Origin: Pelagomonas calceolata | Taxonomy: Eukaryota | Assembly: GCA_918797485.1 (NCBI GenBank) | Contig: CAKKNE010000005.1 | Span: forward strand, 4,774,001-4,838,000 | Direction of reading: 5' to 3' | DNA: 64,000 nucleotides | In this document: positions 31,769 to 43,400 of the stretch, one piece after another | Layout of the letters: each line of letters opens with the position of its first letter | Numbering within the stretch: position 1 is the stretch's first letter | The notes under the pieces: model-generated | What the model saw: only the letters and a program-made list of their open reading frames with translations | The model's database searches: none | Told to the model about the DNA's origin: nothing | Made by a program: the position numbers and the translations under genes

Positions 31769-32452
31769 TTACGCGAGCAAAACGCCCACCGCCGCGACAA
31801 GTACCGCCAAAACTAGCGACGCGCGCGAGCCGGCGGCGCCGTTGCAGCCGCATTTTTCTACCGCGATCTTGATCGCCTGCTCGACCTCGTCGTTCCATGT
31901 GCCGGTAATAGTGTCCTCTGGGTCGTAGAAGAAGCCCGCCGGGAGGGTCTTCGGCTTTTGCTCAGGCACGAAGAACAGGAAGCCCTTTTTCCCGCGGCAA
32001 TACTCGTAGAGTTGGTCGACGTACACCTGGCAGTCCATCTTGTCGCAGGGCTTCGCGTCCTCTTCCGTCTGTGGACACTTCTTTTGCGTGGGGCAGCTGC
32101 CCGTCGGCCAACCTACCGTGGGATCGCAGCTCATGCACCCGTACTTGTCTCCAGAGAGAGGGTCGATCTCGAAGTTGACGCGGATTTTCTTCGCGATCAT
32201 GAAGCACTTCTTGGTCGAGTCCTGGGCTTCCGGTTTTTCGTAGTCGTTCTCGTAGTCGCCGAGGCGTCGCCGCGTCCATTCGTCCGGCGGCTCGGCCGGG
32301 TCGTGACCGTGCGGCGCGAACCAGACGGCCTTGTCCCAGACGTAAATCGCAGTATGCTCGCGCGGCTGATTCTCTTCAATGGCCATCCTTCGTCGCAGGC
32401 TCGGGAAGGCGGCGGCCGCCGCAACGAAGGCGCATGCGAGGGGTGCCCTCAT
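31769..32452 (-). CDS. Cys-rich secreted, probably GPI-anchored protein
   Basis: Signal peptide, many Cys, C-terminal small residues then hydrophobic tail (NGAAGSRASLVLAVLVAAVGVLLA). Confidence 0.7.
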   Translation of the reverse strand: MRAPLACAFVAAAAAFPSLRRRMAIEENQPREHTAIYVWDKAVWFAPHGHDPAEPPDEWTRRRLGDYENDYEKPEAQDSTKKCFMIAKKIRVNFEIDPLSGDKYGCMSCDPTVGWPTGSCPTQKKCPQTEEDAKPCDKMDCQVYVDQLYEYCRGKKGFLFFVPEQKPKTLPAGFFYDPEDTITGTWNDEVEQAIKIAVEKCGCNGAAGSRASLVLAVLVAAVGVLLA

Positions 32453-32902
32453 CGGAGCCGCTGCGCTACCCTGGCAGATAGTCTCTGGTGTTGGGCTGCC
32501 CCAGACGGATTTCGCGGGGCAGGCTGGGTCCGGTCGCTGGGGCGCCCCGTCGGGTGTCCGATACAGCGTTCAAGCAGCTGTTAGGGCCGGATGAGGCCTC
32601 ACGACAGCGCTTTTTGGCTCACAGTGTTACGCTGCTTGTGCTGGACCCGCACGGCAGACCAAGCGCGGCACGTCGCGTAGAGAGGTCTTGGTGGTCGGTA
32701 GAGAGGTACGAAGGCTCGCTAACGACCACAGCTCGACGCGAAAAACCCGTCTCAATGCTTCCAATTTCATGCTCAGCTGGTGCTCACGCGCGGAGACGCC
32801 GATGAGGACTACGGCAGCGTGGAATTACTCTTTGATAATGGGCGACGACGTCTAGCCGCCAAAATCCGCGCTCAGACCGCTGCTGGCACTGCTGAGATCA
32901 AA

Positions 32903-34130
32903 ATGAGAGTGCTATGGCTGTCACTATTTAGCACAGCGGTCGCGACGGACTGGCAAGCGCTGCAAGAAAAGTACGCCTGGCGACCCATGACGCCGCAGCA
33001 GCGAAATTTTGTCGAGGCCTGCGAAACTAAACTCCGCACCGCATGCGCTCCAGAGCAAAAGGTCAATGCAGACGCCCTGGCCAGACGAATCGTCGACCAG
33101 GGCGCGCGCGCCTGCAAACGCGGCAAGGGACGCGGCGACGACGTGCCTTTTAGAGATATGTGGTGCGTTGACGTCTGGAGGCGGACGCGCGTGCGACCAC
33201 GGAGTTTCGGACATCCGCAGGGCATGGTCTATGTGGGGAAAACAGCCTCATTTACGTACTTACCGATACCGAAAGTTGCCACGACCGTAGTACGGAAGTG
33301 GGCCGACGCGATGCACGCCGACGATTCGCGAAGCGGGGCGTCTTTTCTGATCCAACACGATGCCAAACCGGTCGCGGACCGTCTGGGCGGCGCCGCTTTA
33401 TGGAGAGATATACCGCGAGAAAAGCGACGGTCGATGACGTTCTCGATCGCGCGGGGCTGTGTGGAAATCAACCAGTGGCCCGCGCCGCGTTACCGGGACA
33501 AGGGATCGTCCTCTCGATTTGATTCCCTCACAGGTACGGGACCCGCTGGACCGCCACGCGTCCGCGTGGCGGGAGTTACGAGCCTACGAGCGACCTCCGA
33601 AGCATCGACGAGGCTGGGGCAAAGTCGTGATCCGACAGAGACCTTTTTATGCGAACGCGTCGAACCCGAAGCAAGTCTTCCAGTTCCTCTCGGGAAAGTC
33701 GACGGACCTGGCCGACGAGATCCTGACACGAACGGTCAGAGACCTGGCGTGCGCCCCCGACTGGAACGAGCACCTCACGCCACAGACGTCGTTCTTCCCG
33801 CGGAGCTTACCGTCGACTGCCGTCGTCGCACCTTCGGAGGCTTTGAACGAGGTCCTAATGACCGTCGCCGGGGCTTCCGGAATAACATCGCGGCGCGCCA
33901 GCGATGCGATCGCCGCCCAGAAGCAGAACGCGCGCGCCGGCTGGCCGCAGGCTCGAGACCTTTTCCCCGCTTTTACTCGCGGAGACCGGGCCATACGTGT
34001 CGACGGCCCGTCGACGGTGCACGTCTGGTGCTGGCTCCACGCGCGGGACTACGCCCTCTTGCCGTTCACGGCGCCGCGCGAATGCGACGGGGCGTGGGCG
34101 GCGGCCGGCTTTGCCAGTGGTGTGCCTTAG
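32903..34130 (+). CDS. Sulfotransferase family 2 protein; two exons (intron 33449-33533)
   Basis: 5'-PSB-like IPKVATT, 3'-PB-like FSIVRDPLDRHASAW formed by splicing, NEHLTPQ. Confidence 0.8.
33449..33533 (+). mobile_element. Introner-like intron (85 nt, GC-AG) with TIRs
   Basis: gcgcgggg|ctgtgtggaaatcaa...ttgattccctcacag|gtacggga; TIR 13/15, TSD-like 5/8. Confidence 0.8.
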
Positions 34131-34139
34131 TTGTTGTAA

Positions 34140-35063
34140 TTACCTTCTAATGTGCCAAGCACGGTCCCCGACCGGCACCACTGCAGGCCCCGGCCGGCGC
34201 CGCGGTGACGTGGCCGGCTCGGGCCGATCCATCGCGCCGTTCGCCGCGACCATGAATCGCTCCAGGAGATGCGCCGGGTCGAGCACTTCGTGTATCTCCG
34301 GCGGCGGCGTTGTTGCCATCCTGGCGAGCGCCGACTCAACAGAGACGTCTTCCGCATCCTCCGGCACGTCTCCCTCGATTCGGACCGTAACGGTTCGGTC
34401 GAAGTTTCGAGCAATGTACTGCTCGACGCCGTGCCACGCGGATAGCCGTCTTAAAAATTGGCCCACCGCCCGCTTCCGCAGGTAGAAGGCCGAGTTACTG
34501 CCACCGGGGTCCTGGACGACCGGAAATGCCGCGAGGCAGGCAAAGAACGTCTGATTTTCTTCATCCGGGCGGAGGGAGGTTGTTGTGAGGACGCAACGGA
34601 CCGGGCCGCCGCCAGCTCTCCGTCGACAACGGCGGTGCGCTTCTTGCAATTCGCCCACCTCGATCTGCACCGTCACGCCGGGCGCCGACCTTCGTGCGCG
34701 CATGGCCGTCGCGGCGGCCACGCGGCGCCACAAGCCCCCATAGTCGCCCGGAGCTAAGGAGCACTCCGTAAGCACTTCCCCACTCTCCCCGATCGCGCCG
34801 CAGCGATGAATTACTGCGTAGAAGACCGTCGCGTCCGCTTCCAATCGCAGCCGGTTCTCGAAGCCCCGACGCGTCGCGCCGCCGCCGCGGACGTCCGGTA
34901 TGCATCGCCACCGCGCTAGAGCTTGCGCACGCCATACGCCGTCCCTCAGACAGCGACTCCGGATGGCTTTATTCGAAATCAGGCAGGTCGCGAGGCTTTC
35001 CAGCGGGCAGTGGTCTATTATTATGTCGAGGAGCTCGTCGGCTAAATCCGTGAGTTTGATCAT
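34140..35063 (-). CDS. F-box-like protein
   Basis: LTDLADELLDIIIDHCPLESLATCLISNKAIR...DGVWR. Confidence 0.6.
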   Translation of the reverse strand: MIKLTDLADELLDIIIDHCPLESLATCLISNKAIRSRCLRDGVWRAQALARWRCIPDVRGGGATRRGFENRLRLEADATVFYAVIHRCGAIGESGEVLTECSLAPGDYGGLWRRVAAATAMRARRSAPGVTVQIEVGELQEAHRRCRRRAGGGPVRCVLTTTSLRPDEENQTFFACLAAFPVVQDPGGSNSAFYLRKRAVGQFLRRLSAWHGVEQYIARNFDRTVTVRIEGDVPEDAEDVSVESALARMATTPPPEIHEVLDPAHLLERFMVAANGAMDRPEPATSPRRRPGPAVVPVGDRAWHIRR

Positions 35064-35302
35064 CGTTGCAGCGTGTGTCAGAAGTCGGTCGTTGTATCGT
35101 GTGTCAAAAGCCGTGCGGAGATTTGACGGCTCGGTGCGTTGCAAGCGGTTTTGTCGTATTTTGACTCGCGTAGCCCGCTGGAGACAGAGTCTTCAGCACA
35201 GCGGCTGCAATTTGGGGTGTCTAAGACACGCAACGAGTTTCGAGCAACCGTAACGCCGCTACAAAGGAGCTGGGACCATTTACAGGCGGCGCTGTTTTGC
35301 TG

Positions 35303-35323
35303 CTAGTGTGTCTGTGTCGCTAG
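35303..35323 (-). promoter_or_regulatory. CTAG-dyad motif copy (degenerate)
   Basis: Reverse complement ctagcgacacagacacactag between divergent genes. Confidence 0.55.
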
Positions 35324-35457
35324 GTCGCGCTGCTGCGAAACGCGGGACAGCTACGCTGCTACGAGCTCGGAGGCGGTTCCGGACACACAGCAGGTCGCCA
35401 GCAGTCGACGCTTCGGGTGCACACCAAAAGAGAATCCAACTTGTGGCCTGTGAAAAG

Positions 35458-36558
35458 ATGCTAGCCGCCTTCGGCCGCAGCCTGAGCATGGACCGCGGCG
35501 AGGAGGAGCAGGAGACGAACAATTTGTTACACTTCGACGACGACGAACAGAAGGAGTCGACGACGCTGACCGAAGCCGCGGCGGTGGCGCTGAAAGACGC
35601 TAAAGTAAGGGAGATGCTCGCGGCCTTCCGGAACGAGGGTCCTCAAGCGCTGCAGCGCTACGTCGACGACCCGGCGTGCTCCGATGCGCTGGACGTCCTG
35701 CGAGGGCAGTCGACGGGAATGGTGGTGCCGCGGCCAGGCGAGCCCGTGGTCGAGGGCTCCATCGTCGAGCCGGCGGCCGCGGTCGATGATCCGCGGACGC
35801 GCATCGCCGCCGAGGGGCTCCAGAAGCCGCAGGTCCGCGAGATGCTCGAGGCCTTCCGCCGCGAGGGCCCCGCGGCGCTGCAGCGCTTCGCGGGCGATCC
35901 CGACTGCGCAAGCGTCGTCGCGCGCCTGCGGGGCGTAGCGCCGCCGCCGCCTCCCAAAAAGACGCCGCCCGCCACGCGGCGACCGCGCATATTGCTAGGC
36001 GCGACGGGCTCCGTCGCCACGGTCAAGGTGCCCAAGCTCGCTGTCCAGCTCAAGGCGTTCGCGGACGTGCGCGTCGTCGCGACGGAGCGGGGCAGGTTCT
36101 TCCTCGGGAAGGCCCGGACCTACGACGGCGCCGCGTACGGCGCCTTCGAGCAAGCGCAGATCGAGATATTGAGCGACGACGACGAGTGGGCGCGCTGGAA
36201 CCAGGTCGGCGACCCGGTGCTTCACGTCGACCTCCGCGAGTGGGCCGACCTGTTATTGATCGCGCCGCTCGGCGCGAACACGCTCGCCAAGCTCGCCAAC
36301 GGGCTCTGCGACGACCTATTGAGCTGCACAGCGCGCGCGTGGGACCTCGACAAGCCCGTGGTCGTGGCGCCGGCGATGAACACGGCCATGTGGAGCCACC
36401 CGATGACGGCGCACCACCTGGCCGCGCTGCGCGGCGTCTATGGGGCGGCCGTCGTCGCGCCGGTGTCCAAGGCCCTGGCCTGCGGCGACGTAGGCATTGG
36501 CGCGCTCGCGGACGTCTACGACGTCGCCGCGGCGGCGCGCGCGGCGCTGGGGTTATAA
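35458..36558 (+). CDS. PPCDC: Phosphopantothenoylcysteine decarboxylase (HAL3/CoaC flavoprotein) with two N-terminal STI1-like repeats
   Basis: ILLGATGSVA, VLHVDLREWAD, ANTLAKLANGLCDDLL, PAMNTAMW, LACGDVGIG. Confidence 0.9.
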   Translation: MLAAFGRSLSMDRGEEEQETNNLLHFDDDEQKESTTLTEAAAVALKDAKVREMLAAFRNEGPQALQRYVDDPACSDALDVLRGQSTGMVVPRPGEPVVEGSIVEPAAAVDDPRTRIAAEGLQKPQVREMLEAFRREGPAALQRFAGDPDCASVVARLRGVAPPPPPKKTPPATRRPRILLGATGSVATVKVPKLAVQLKAFADVRVVATERGRFFLGKARTYDGAAYGAFEQAQIEILSDDDEWARWNQVGDPVLHVDLREWADLLLIAPLGANTLAKLANGLCDDLLSCTARAWDLDKPVVVAPAMNTAMWSHPMTAHHLAALRGVYGAAVVAPVSKALACGDVGIGALADVYDVAAAARAALGL

Positions 36559-37421
36559 GTTTCCTGATTGTTACACCTCTCTAACCAGTCCAGCGCGACC
36601 GCGCACGCCTCGTCGCCGCCCCGGCCGCCGGTGAGGTCGTGGCCGCCCTTCTTGACGACCCGCAGCGCCTCGGGCGGCAGGTGCGCCGCTGCGAGGAACT
36701 CCTTGACACATGACAACGGGACGACGTGGTCCTGCGCGCCGTGGACGACGAGGAACCGGTCGAGGCCGCGCTTCGAAGCTTTCGCGTCGGCGAGGGCGTC
36801 TCGCGTCGCGTCGAGGAGCTCCTTCGCCGTGACGAGCGGCCAATGGCCCCGGAAGTTCCGCGTCGAGTCGGCGGGCAGCGCGTAGCCGTCGGGCTCCTCG
36901 ACCGGCGTCGCGCCAAGCGATGCTTCTGGCATGAAAAAGCTGGCTACGCGCAGCGCGCCGACGACCAGAGCCGGCGGCACGGCCCTCGGGTCCACACCGA
37001 CCGCCGCGCCGAACAAGACGGTGCCCACGTAGCCTTCCAGGGAGCTGAGGCGCTGGGCGGCATACAGCACGACGTTGGCGCCCATCGAAGCCCCGCTCAG
37101 GGCCCACGCGCCCTCTCCAAGTCTCGACCTGACGAACGCTTCGAACAGTTGTACGCAGCGATCCATTGAAACGACGGCGCGCGCACCGCTGCTCAGGCCG
37201 TGGCCTTCGTGCTCCAAACAGACGACGCGCCAGCCCCTCGCGACCGCGCGCTGCACGAGGCGTTGCGTGTTCGTCGTCTCGTTGCTCTCGCAGACGCCAT
37301 GCGAGTGGTAGAGCGTTCCTTTGACGGACCCGTCAGGCTCCCAGACCTCGTAGTGCAGGTCTGCGCCGTCGCACTCAAAGCGTAATGACGCGTTCGGTTC
37401 GAGTATTTGCAGCCGGCTCAT
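36516..37421 (-). CDS. Alpha/beta hydrolase (Hydrolase_4, monoglyceride lipase-like)
   Basis: HEGHGLSSG, nucleophile GASMG, HGAQDHVV, GGHDL. Confidence 0.85.
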   Translation of the reverse strand: MSRLQILEPNASLRFECDGADLHYEVWEPDGSVKGTLYHSHGVCESNETTNTQRLVQRAVARGWRVVCLEHEGHGLSSGARAVVSMDRCVQLFEAFVRSRLGEGAWALSGASMGANVVLYAAQRLSSLEGYVGTVLFGAAVGVDPRAVPPALVVGALRVASFFMPEASLGATPVEEPDGYALPADSTRNFRGHWPLVTAKELLDATRDALADAKASKRGLDRFLVVHGAQDHVVPLSCVKEFLAAAHLPPEALRVVKKGGHDLTGGRGGDEACAVALDWLERCNNQETYNPSAARAAAATS

Positions 37422-37904
37422 GCTTGTGCAGCCGGCAGCGCTGCAGCATGTACCACTGCAGCCAAATGAATGCAGCTCAGCTCGCCAGCTGGCTCAAGAT
37501 TGTGCAAACGAAGCCCAAGGAGGCCAGCAACGCCACGGCTAAGCACCAGAACCTATTTTTTTTTGCAGACACACATTAGGCAGAAAACCCGTGCACAAGC
37601 ACAACCCATGCCGGTCTTACTACTATGGAGGCAAACGCCGGCTCCCGCCGACGCCTACGCCTCCATCTTGGACGCGTGTCAACGTCGGGCAGGGATTCTA
37701 GTGGGGGCAGGCGCGAGGGAGCGCTAAGCGGAGGGGCAGCCTTGAAAGCACCTACTCGCGAGGGAGCATGGCTTCGCGGCGCATCTCGAGGCCACCGCGC
37801 GCCTAACTCGCCGAGGGCAAGCGTTCGCCGAGGGCGCATCGCTCTCCCGGCGCGCCGGGCAAGAGGGCAGCCCCGCCCAGGTCGGTCGCCCGGCGGGGGC
37901 GACC

Positions 37905-39434
37905 ATGGCGCCGGCCGGGAACCTCATCGCCGCCCGCAGCGGCCGGGGCCTCTTCCGCACGGGCAGCTCGGCGCGCGGCCTCCCGACGTCGCCCCTCGCG
38001 CGGTCGGGCAGCCTGCCGCACCTGAGCTGGGCCTTCAAAAAGGGGCAGTCCAAGGTCCACCCCGACGACGAGGCGAAGGACGGGGACGACGACGTCGGGC
38101 TGCTGCGCATGCACCTCGGGAGTTCGCTGAACGTGCGACTGGAAAAGTGGCACGAGCGGACCGAGCGGCACAAGCGGAAGACCGTCGAGGGCTGGATCCT
38201 GCGCCAGCAGGGTTTGTTGACCATGCTGTTCACCTTTTTTGTGTTTACGCCGGCCTGGGCCATCGTCTTTAACAAGATCGAGGGCTGGGCGGCCTGGGAC
38301 GCGTACATTTATGTGTTCACGGTCATCACGACGATCGGGTATGGGAACTTCTCTCCAGCAAAACCGGCGGGCATGTACGCGACGATCTTCATGGGCCTCA
38401 CGGGAATTCCATTGATGTGCTACGCGCTCGCCTGGATCGGCACGGCGTCGCAGCGCTGCTCGCACCTCATCCTTAAAAAAATCAGAAAAAGCCTGGGCTT
38501 CAAGGCCAAGCCCTCGAAGATGCAGGAGATCTACTTTTCGGTGTTTCTCTTCATGGCGCACTTCGCGCACTGCGTCATTGTCTTCTGCGTCATGGAGGCC
38601 TGGACGATCACGACGTCGTGCTACTACACGTTCGTGACGCTGTCGACGATCGGGCTGGGCGACGAGATCGCCCTCTACTACAAGCCCGGCGGCCGGCCGG
38701 CGAAGTGGCGCTGCTTAACCGGAGACGCCGTAGCACCCTACGCCGACGCCGATTTTTATTGGCAGCGGTCGGGCGTGCGGCCCGAGCTGCGGCGGCGGCG
38801 ATTGGAGAAATTCGGCTGGTACCACTTCTGGTACGTGCTCGCGGTATTTTGCGGCTTGGCCGTCGTCTCGCAATTGTTCACGCTCATCGTACAGTGGATT
38901 CATTGTATTGACGACTCCTTCGACCGGGAATTTAGCCACATGGCCGGAAAGGTAAGGCAATTAGCCAAGCACGGCCGCGCGGCCTCGAAGAACATCGCGA
39001 AGCACGTGCCGCACATGCGGTGCCGGCACCGCGACCGGAGCCGCGACGACCACCGGCACGAGAAGATGATGGAAAAATCCAAAATGGTCGAGCCGGCCTC
39101 GGACCTGCTCGTGCTGTTGAGAATAAGGAGACAGCTCCTCGCGGCGGCCTACGTCGCCGGCGGCGACGACTGGTACCACGTCCTCAAGAAGATCGACGCG
39201 AACGGCGACGGCAAAATCACGCGCGACGAGCTCGCCACGTGGATCCGGTCCGTGCTGCCGGCGGCCCAGGCCGCGGACAAGTACATCACCGCGCTCTTCG
39301 ACCTCGCCGACCACGACCAGAGCGGCGACCTCTCCGTCGAGGAGCTCGCCTGGCTCTTGGATTCCGTTCAGGACCACCACCACCACGACCACCATGCGCC
39401 GCACGCTGCGGCGCCAGCACCAAATTCACCTTAA
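37905..39434 (+). CDS. Two-pore-domain potassium channel with C-terminal EF-hands
   Basis: Pore loops TTIGYG and STIGLGD; EF-hands DANGDGKITRDEL and DHDQSGDLSVEEL. Confidence 0.9.
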   Translation: MAPAGNLIAARSGRGLFRTGSSARGLPTSPLARSGSLPHLSWAFKKGQSKVHPDDEAKDGDDDVGLLRMHLGSSLNVRLEKWHERTERHKRKTVEGWILRQQGLLTMLFTFFVFTPAWAIVFNKIEGWAAWDAYIYVFTVITTIGYGNFSPAKPAGMYATIFMGLTGIPLMCYALAWIGTASQRCSHLILKKIRKSLGFKAKPSKMQEIYFSVFLFMAHFAHCVIVFCVMEAWTITTSCYYTFVTLSTIGLGDEIALYYKPGGRPAKWRCLTGDAVAPYADADFYWQRSGVRPELRRRRLEKFGWYHFWYVLAVFCGLAVVSQLFTLIVQWIHCIDDSFDREFSHMAGKVRQLAKHGRAASKNIAKHVPHMRCRHRDRSRDDHRHEKMMEKSKMVEPASDLLVLLRIRRQLLAAAYVAGGDDWYHVLKKIDANGDGKITRDELATWIRSVLPAAQAADKYITALFDLADHDQSGDLSVEELAWLLDSVQDHHHHDHHAPHAAAPAPNSP

Positions 39435-39677
39435 GTATTATTTCAATACCCTGTGGGCGGGGTACGTGGTACGGCGCTCCCGGAGAGCTCCCTCGTCAAA
39501 ACGGGTTTTTCGCGCTCGCTTGCAAGCGGTCAAACCGCGACGTTCACGTTCCAGCGGTACGCGTTCTTCGCCTTTGGTCGCCACGCGTTCGAAGCGAGCG
39601 CTGTCTAAGCACAGATTCTGCACAGACAAAAAGTGTGACCACCCTCAACTTTGCCCAGCGACGCGCGTTGTCCGAGG

Positions 39678-40034
39678 ATGGGTTTCACGCGCGAACAGTA
39701 CCTGCAAAGCGCGCAGAAGGCACTCATGTTCTTCGCCATCAACGTCGCGCTGATCACGTATCACAAATTGAACAAGTCCCCGGCCGACGGCGACGCGGCC
39801 GCGTTCGAAGCGGCGGAGCCGAAGAGCCTCGGGGAGCAGGTCGGTTCGTTCTTCGCCGCCGTCAAGGCGTTCCTGGCCGGCTCGCCCGAGATCGGAGGCT
39901 TCCTCGCGGGTATCGTCGTTCTGGTGTTATACAAAACGCTCCTGCTCGAAAAGCCGGCGCCCGCCGCCGCGGACGGCCCGGCCGCGCCGGCGCCGGCGCC
40001 GAAGCCTCGGGGGAACCCGAAGAAGAACAAGTGA
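39678..40034 (+). CDS. Small two-TM hypothetical protein
   Basis: ATG 39678, GC3-rich codons, two hydrophobic helices, Lys-rich end. Confidence 0.6.
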   Translation: MGFTREQYLQSAQKALMFFAINVALITYHKLNKSPADGDAAAFEAAEPKSLGEQVGSFFAAVKAFLAGSPEIGGFLAGIVVLVLYKTLLLEKPAPAAADGPAAPAPAPKPRGNPKKNK

Positions 40035-40167
40035 GCTTGTTGTGCCGCGCGGACGTCGGTCAAGCAGAGGGGGGGAGACTAATCTCGGTTCAAATGGGAT
40101 TTTTCCGCCTGTACGGACTCGCTTGGCGCAATGTGTAGGTGCTCCGTGTTTGCTCCGCGCACTCAGG

Positions 40168-40187
40168 CTAGCGGCGTGAGACACTAG
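40168..40187 (+). promoter_or_regulatory. CTAG-dyad motif copy
   Basis: gctagcggcgtgagacactagcaagcca is identical over 28 nt to the copy at 56569-56596; upstream of chlH. Confidence 0.75.
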
Positions 40188-40425
40188 CAAGCCAAGCAAG
40201 CCGTAGGTTGCCTTTTGAGCGCCTTCAGGGCTCGTGCTCGGCTCTAAAGCCGGAGTCAGACGCATTCAGGCATCTGTCACATCAGATACTCGAGGTCTTC
40301 GCGCTTGCCAGAGCGCGTTGCGGCTCGTGCCGCGAGTAAGCTCTCACTGGATCTGCACTTTCTACAGCGCAGACGCGGCGGCACGATTCCTGCGAACAGT
40401 AGTGGTCGCTCAGCGCTGAGCAAAC

Positions 40426-43400
40426 ATGCGCATCAAACTACTGCTTGTCTTCAGCAGCCTCGCCTGGAGCCTGGTGCCGCCCGCGACCACGCGGACCCGA
40501 CGACGACTCCAAGCCGCGCCGACGGAGCGAGAGATCGTCCTCATCAGCGGCTTCGAGAGCTTCAATTGCGCGTTGTACGAGAAGTGCGCCCAGTCCGTCG
40601 CAGCAGACGTCAAGGTCTCTGTGTTTTCTGATCGAGATGTTCAAAGCCGCAAGGAGGACGTAGCGGCAGCCCTCGCCAGAGCCGACGCGTTCGTCGGGTC
40701 GTTGCTCTTCGATTATGACGACGTCGAGTGGCTCGTACCGCGGGTACAAAATGTCAAGGGCCCGCGGCTGGTTTTTGAGTGCGCAACCGAGCTGATGGAG
40801 TTTAATCGGGTGGGCGGGTTCGAAATGAAGGGCGGCGGCGGCCCGCCGCCCGCCGTTAAGGCGCTCTTGTCGAAATTCGGCAGCGGCCGCGAGGAGGACA
40901 AGCTCCAGGGCTACCTCAAGATGCTGAAGATCGGCCCGCAACTCCTCAAGTTCATCCCGAACGACACGGCCCAGGACCTCCGGAGCTGGCTTGAGCTTTA
41001 CCGCTTCTGGAACGAGGGCGGGCAAGAGAATGTCGAATCCATGCTGCGCGTGCTCTTCGAGCGCCACGTCGCGCCGGTCCCGCGATTCGAGGCCGCGCCG
41101 ACGGTCGTCGAGACGCCGGGAATCGGCTGCCTGCACCCGCTGGCGCCGGGCCGCTACTTTTTGTCACCGCGCGAATATCTCGACTGGCGCCTGTCGGCGG
41201 ACGCCGCGGCGGCCGCGACCGCGGCTGGTGCAGAGCTCGCCCCTGCCGAGGCGCCGCGCGTCGCGGTGCTGCTCTTCCGCAAGCACGTGATCACGAAGCA
41301 GCCGTACGTCTGGGAACTCATCAGTCAGATGGAAGCGGAAGGACTGCTGCCGGTCCCGATCTTCATCAACGGCGTCGAAGCGCATACCATTGTGCGCGAC
41401 GTCCTAACGTCTGTCAAGGAGGAGGCCGGCACGCGAGAAACCTCGTATCGCCCCCAGGACGCGGCTTCAGTCGACGCCATCGTGAATACGATCGGATTTC
41501 CTTTAGTTGGCGGGCCCGCGGGGAGTATGGAGGCCGGGCGCGGCGTCGCGGAAGGGTTGCTGGGTAGCATGGACGTACCTTATTACGTCGCGGCGCCATT
41601 GCTACTGCAAGACATGGCCTCGTGGCGGCAGTCTGGCGTCACGGGGCTCCAGTCCGTGGTCCTGTACGCTTTACCCGAGCTCGACGGCGCCGTCGACGCA
41701 GTGGTGCTGGGCGCTCTGGAGGGCGACGACATCGTACTGGAGCCGGAGCGCGTCGTGAAGCTCTGCTCGCGCGTCGCTCGCCGCGTTCAGCTACGGAACA
41801 CGCCCGCACGCGACCGCAAGGTGGGCCTCGTGCTCTACGGCTTCCCGCCAAACGTTGGAGCCGTCGGCACCGCGGCTTTGCTGAATGTGCCGCGGTCGCT
41901 GGACGCCATCCTGCACACCCTTCAAAACGCGGGCTACGACGCGCCGACGGGACTCTCGGGCGAAGCGCTCGTCGCGGGCGTCGCATGGCTTTGCCGGCCC
42001 GACGTGATCAACGGCGGCGCGGCGCGCATGATTACCTCGCTCGAAGCCGCGGCGCGCCGGGCGCAAGCTGGAGACCCGAACGTGGCCGAGGCGCTGCGGG
42101 AATTCATCGACGAGGCAGACACGTTTCGCGGCGACGTGACTGTGATCGCGGACGCCCGGAGCGGAGACGACATCGGCGACACGTTGACGACGAAAGAGAT
42201 GCGCGCACGCCTAGACGCCTGCTGGGGCGCCAAGGACCGCGAGCCTGCGCTAGGTTGCTCGGCAGACGGCACTTATGTCGTCAGCGGTTTGCAGGTGGGC
42301 AACGTCTTCGTGGGGTGCCAGCCTCTATTAGGTGTCGAGGGCGATCCTATGCGGCTCCTCTTTGAACGGGACCTCACGCCGCACCCGCAGTACGTATCTT
42401 TCTACGACCGCCTCGACAAGCGCTGCGATGCGGTCGTGCATGTAGGCATGCATGGCACCGTCGAGTGGCTGCCCGGGCAAGCCCTCGGTAACGACAAGGA
42501 ATCCTGGTCCGACGTGCTCCTGGGCGGGCTGCCGAACCTGTACCTGTACGCCGCGAACAACCCGAGCGAATCCATCCTGGCGAAGCGCCGCGGCTACGCC
42601 ACTCTTGTCTCGTACCTCAGTCCGCCCTACGCGCGGGCTGGAACCTACGGCGTCCTTGCGGAGCTGAAAGAGCTGCTCGTCGACGCGGATGCCGACGACG
42701 ACGCGTTTCTGGCCGAGGTCGACGAACTTGTCGCGAAGGCGGCTCTGGAGAAGGAGGTGCCGACGCGGGGCGCCGACGGTCAAGCGTGGGTCGCGGCCGT
42801 CCGCGCGCGCGTCACCGAGGTGGAGAATCGACTGTTCTCGTCGGGTCTGCGCGCCTTCGGCGAGGCGCCGGACGCGGACGGTACGGCCGCCTTCCTCGAG
42901 GCGTACTTCGACGGCGTCGAGGACGCGCCGTCATCTGAAGCGCTCGCTGCAGTTGTACGCGGCGGCGGCGAATCAGAGGAGGAGGGCGTCCTTGATGCGC
43001 TGCGGGGCTTGTTCTTCGAGCAACCCGAGGACGACTCGACGCTTGGGGAGGCCCAAAAGCTCAAGCTCGCTTTGAGTCAGTCGACTGAGGAACTTTCCTC
43101 GCTCGTCACGGGCCTGGACGGCGGCTACGTCGCGCCGAAGCCCGGCGGCGACGTCCTGCGAGATGGTTTGGGAGTGCTGCCAACGGGCCGCAATACGTAC
43201 GCCTTGGATCCGTACCGCATGCCAAGTAAGAGCGCTTTCCGGCGCGGCGCGCTCGCGGCCGAACGCGTCCTCGACCAGCATCGCGCCGCGAACGGCGGGG
43301 CCTATCCCGAGACGGTTGCAGTGACTATGTGGGGCCTCGACGCCATCAAGACGAAGGGCGAGTCCGTGGCCATGGCCCTGGCTTTGGTCGGGGCAAAGGT

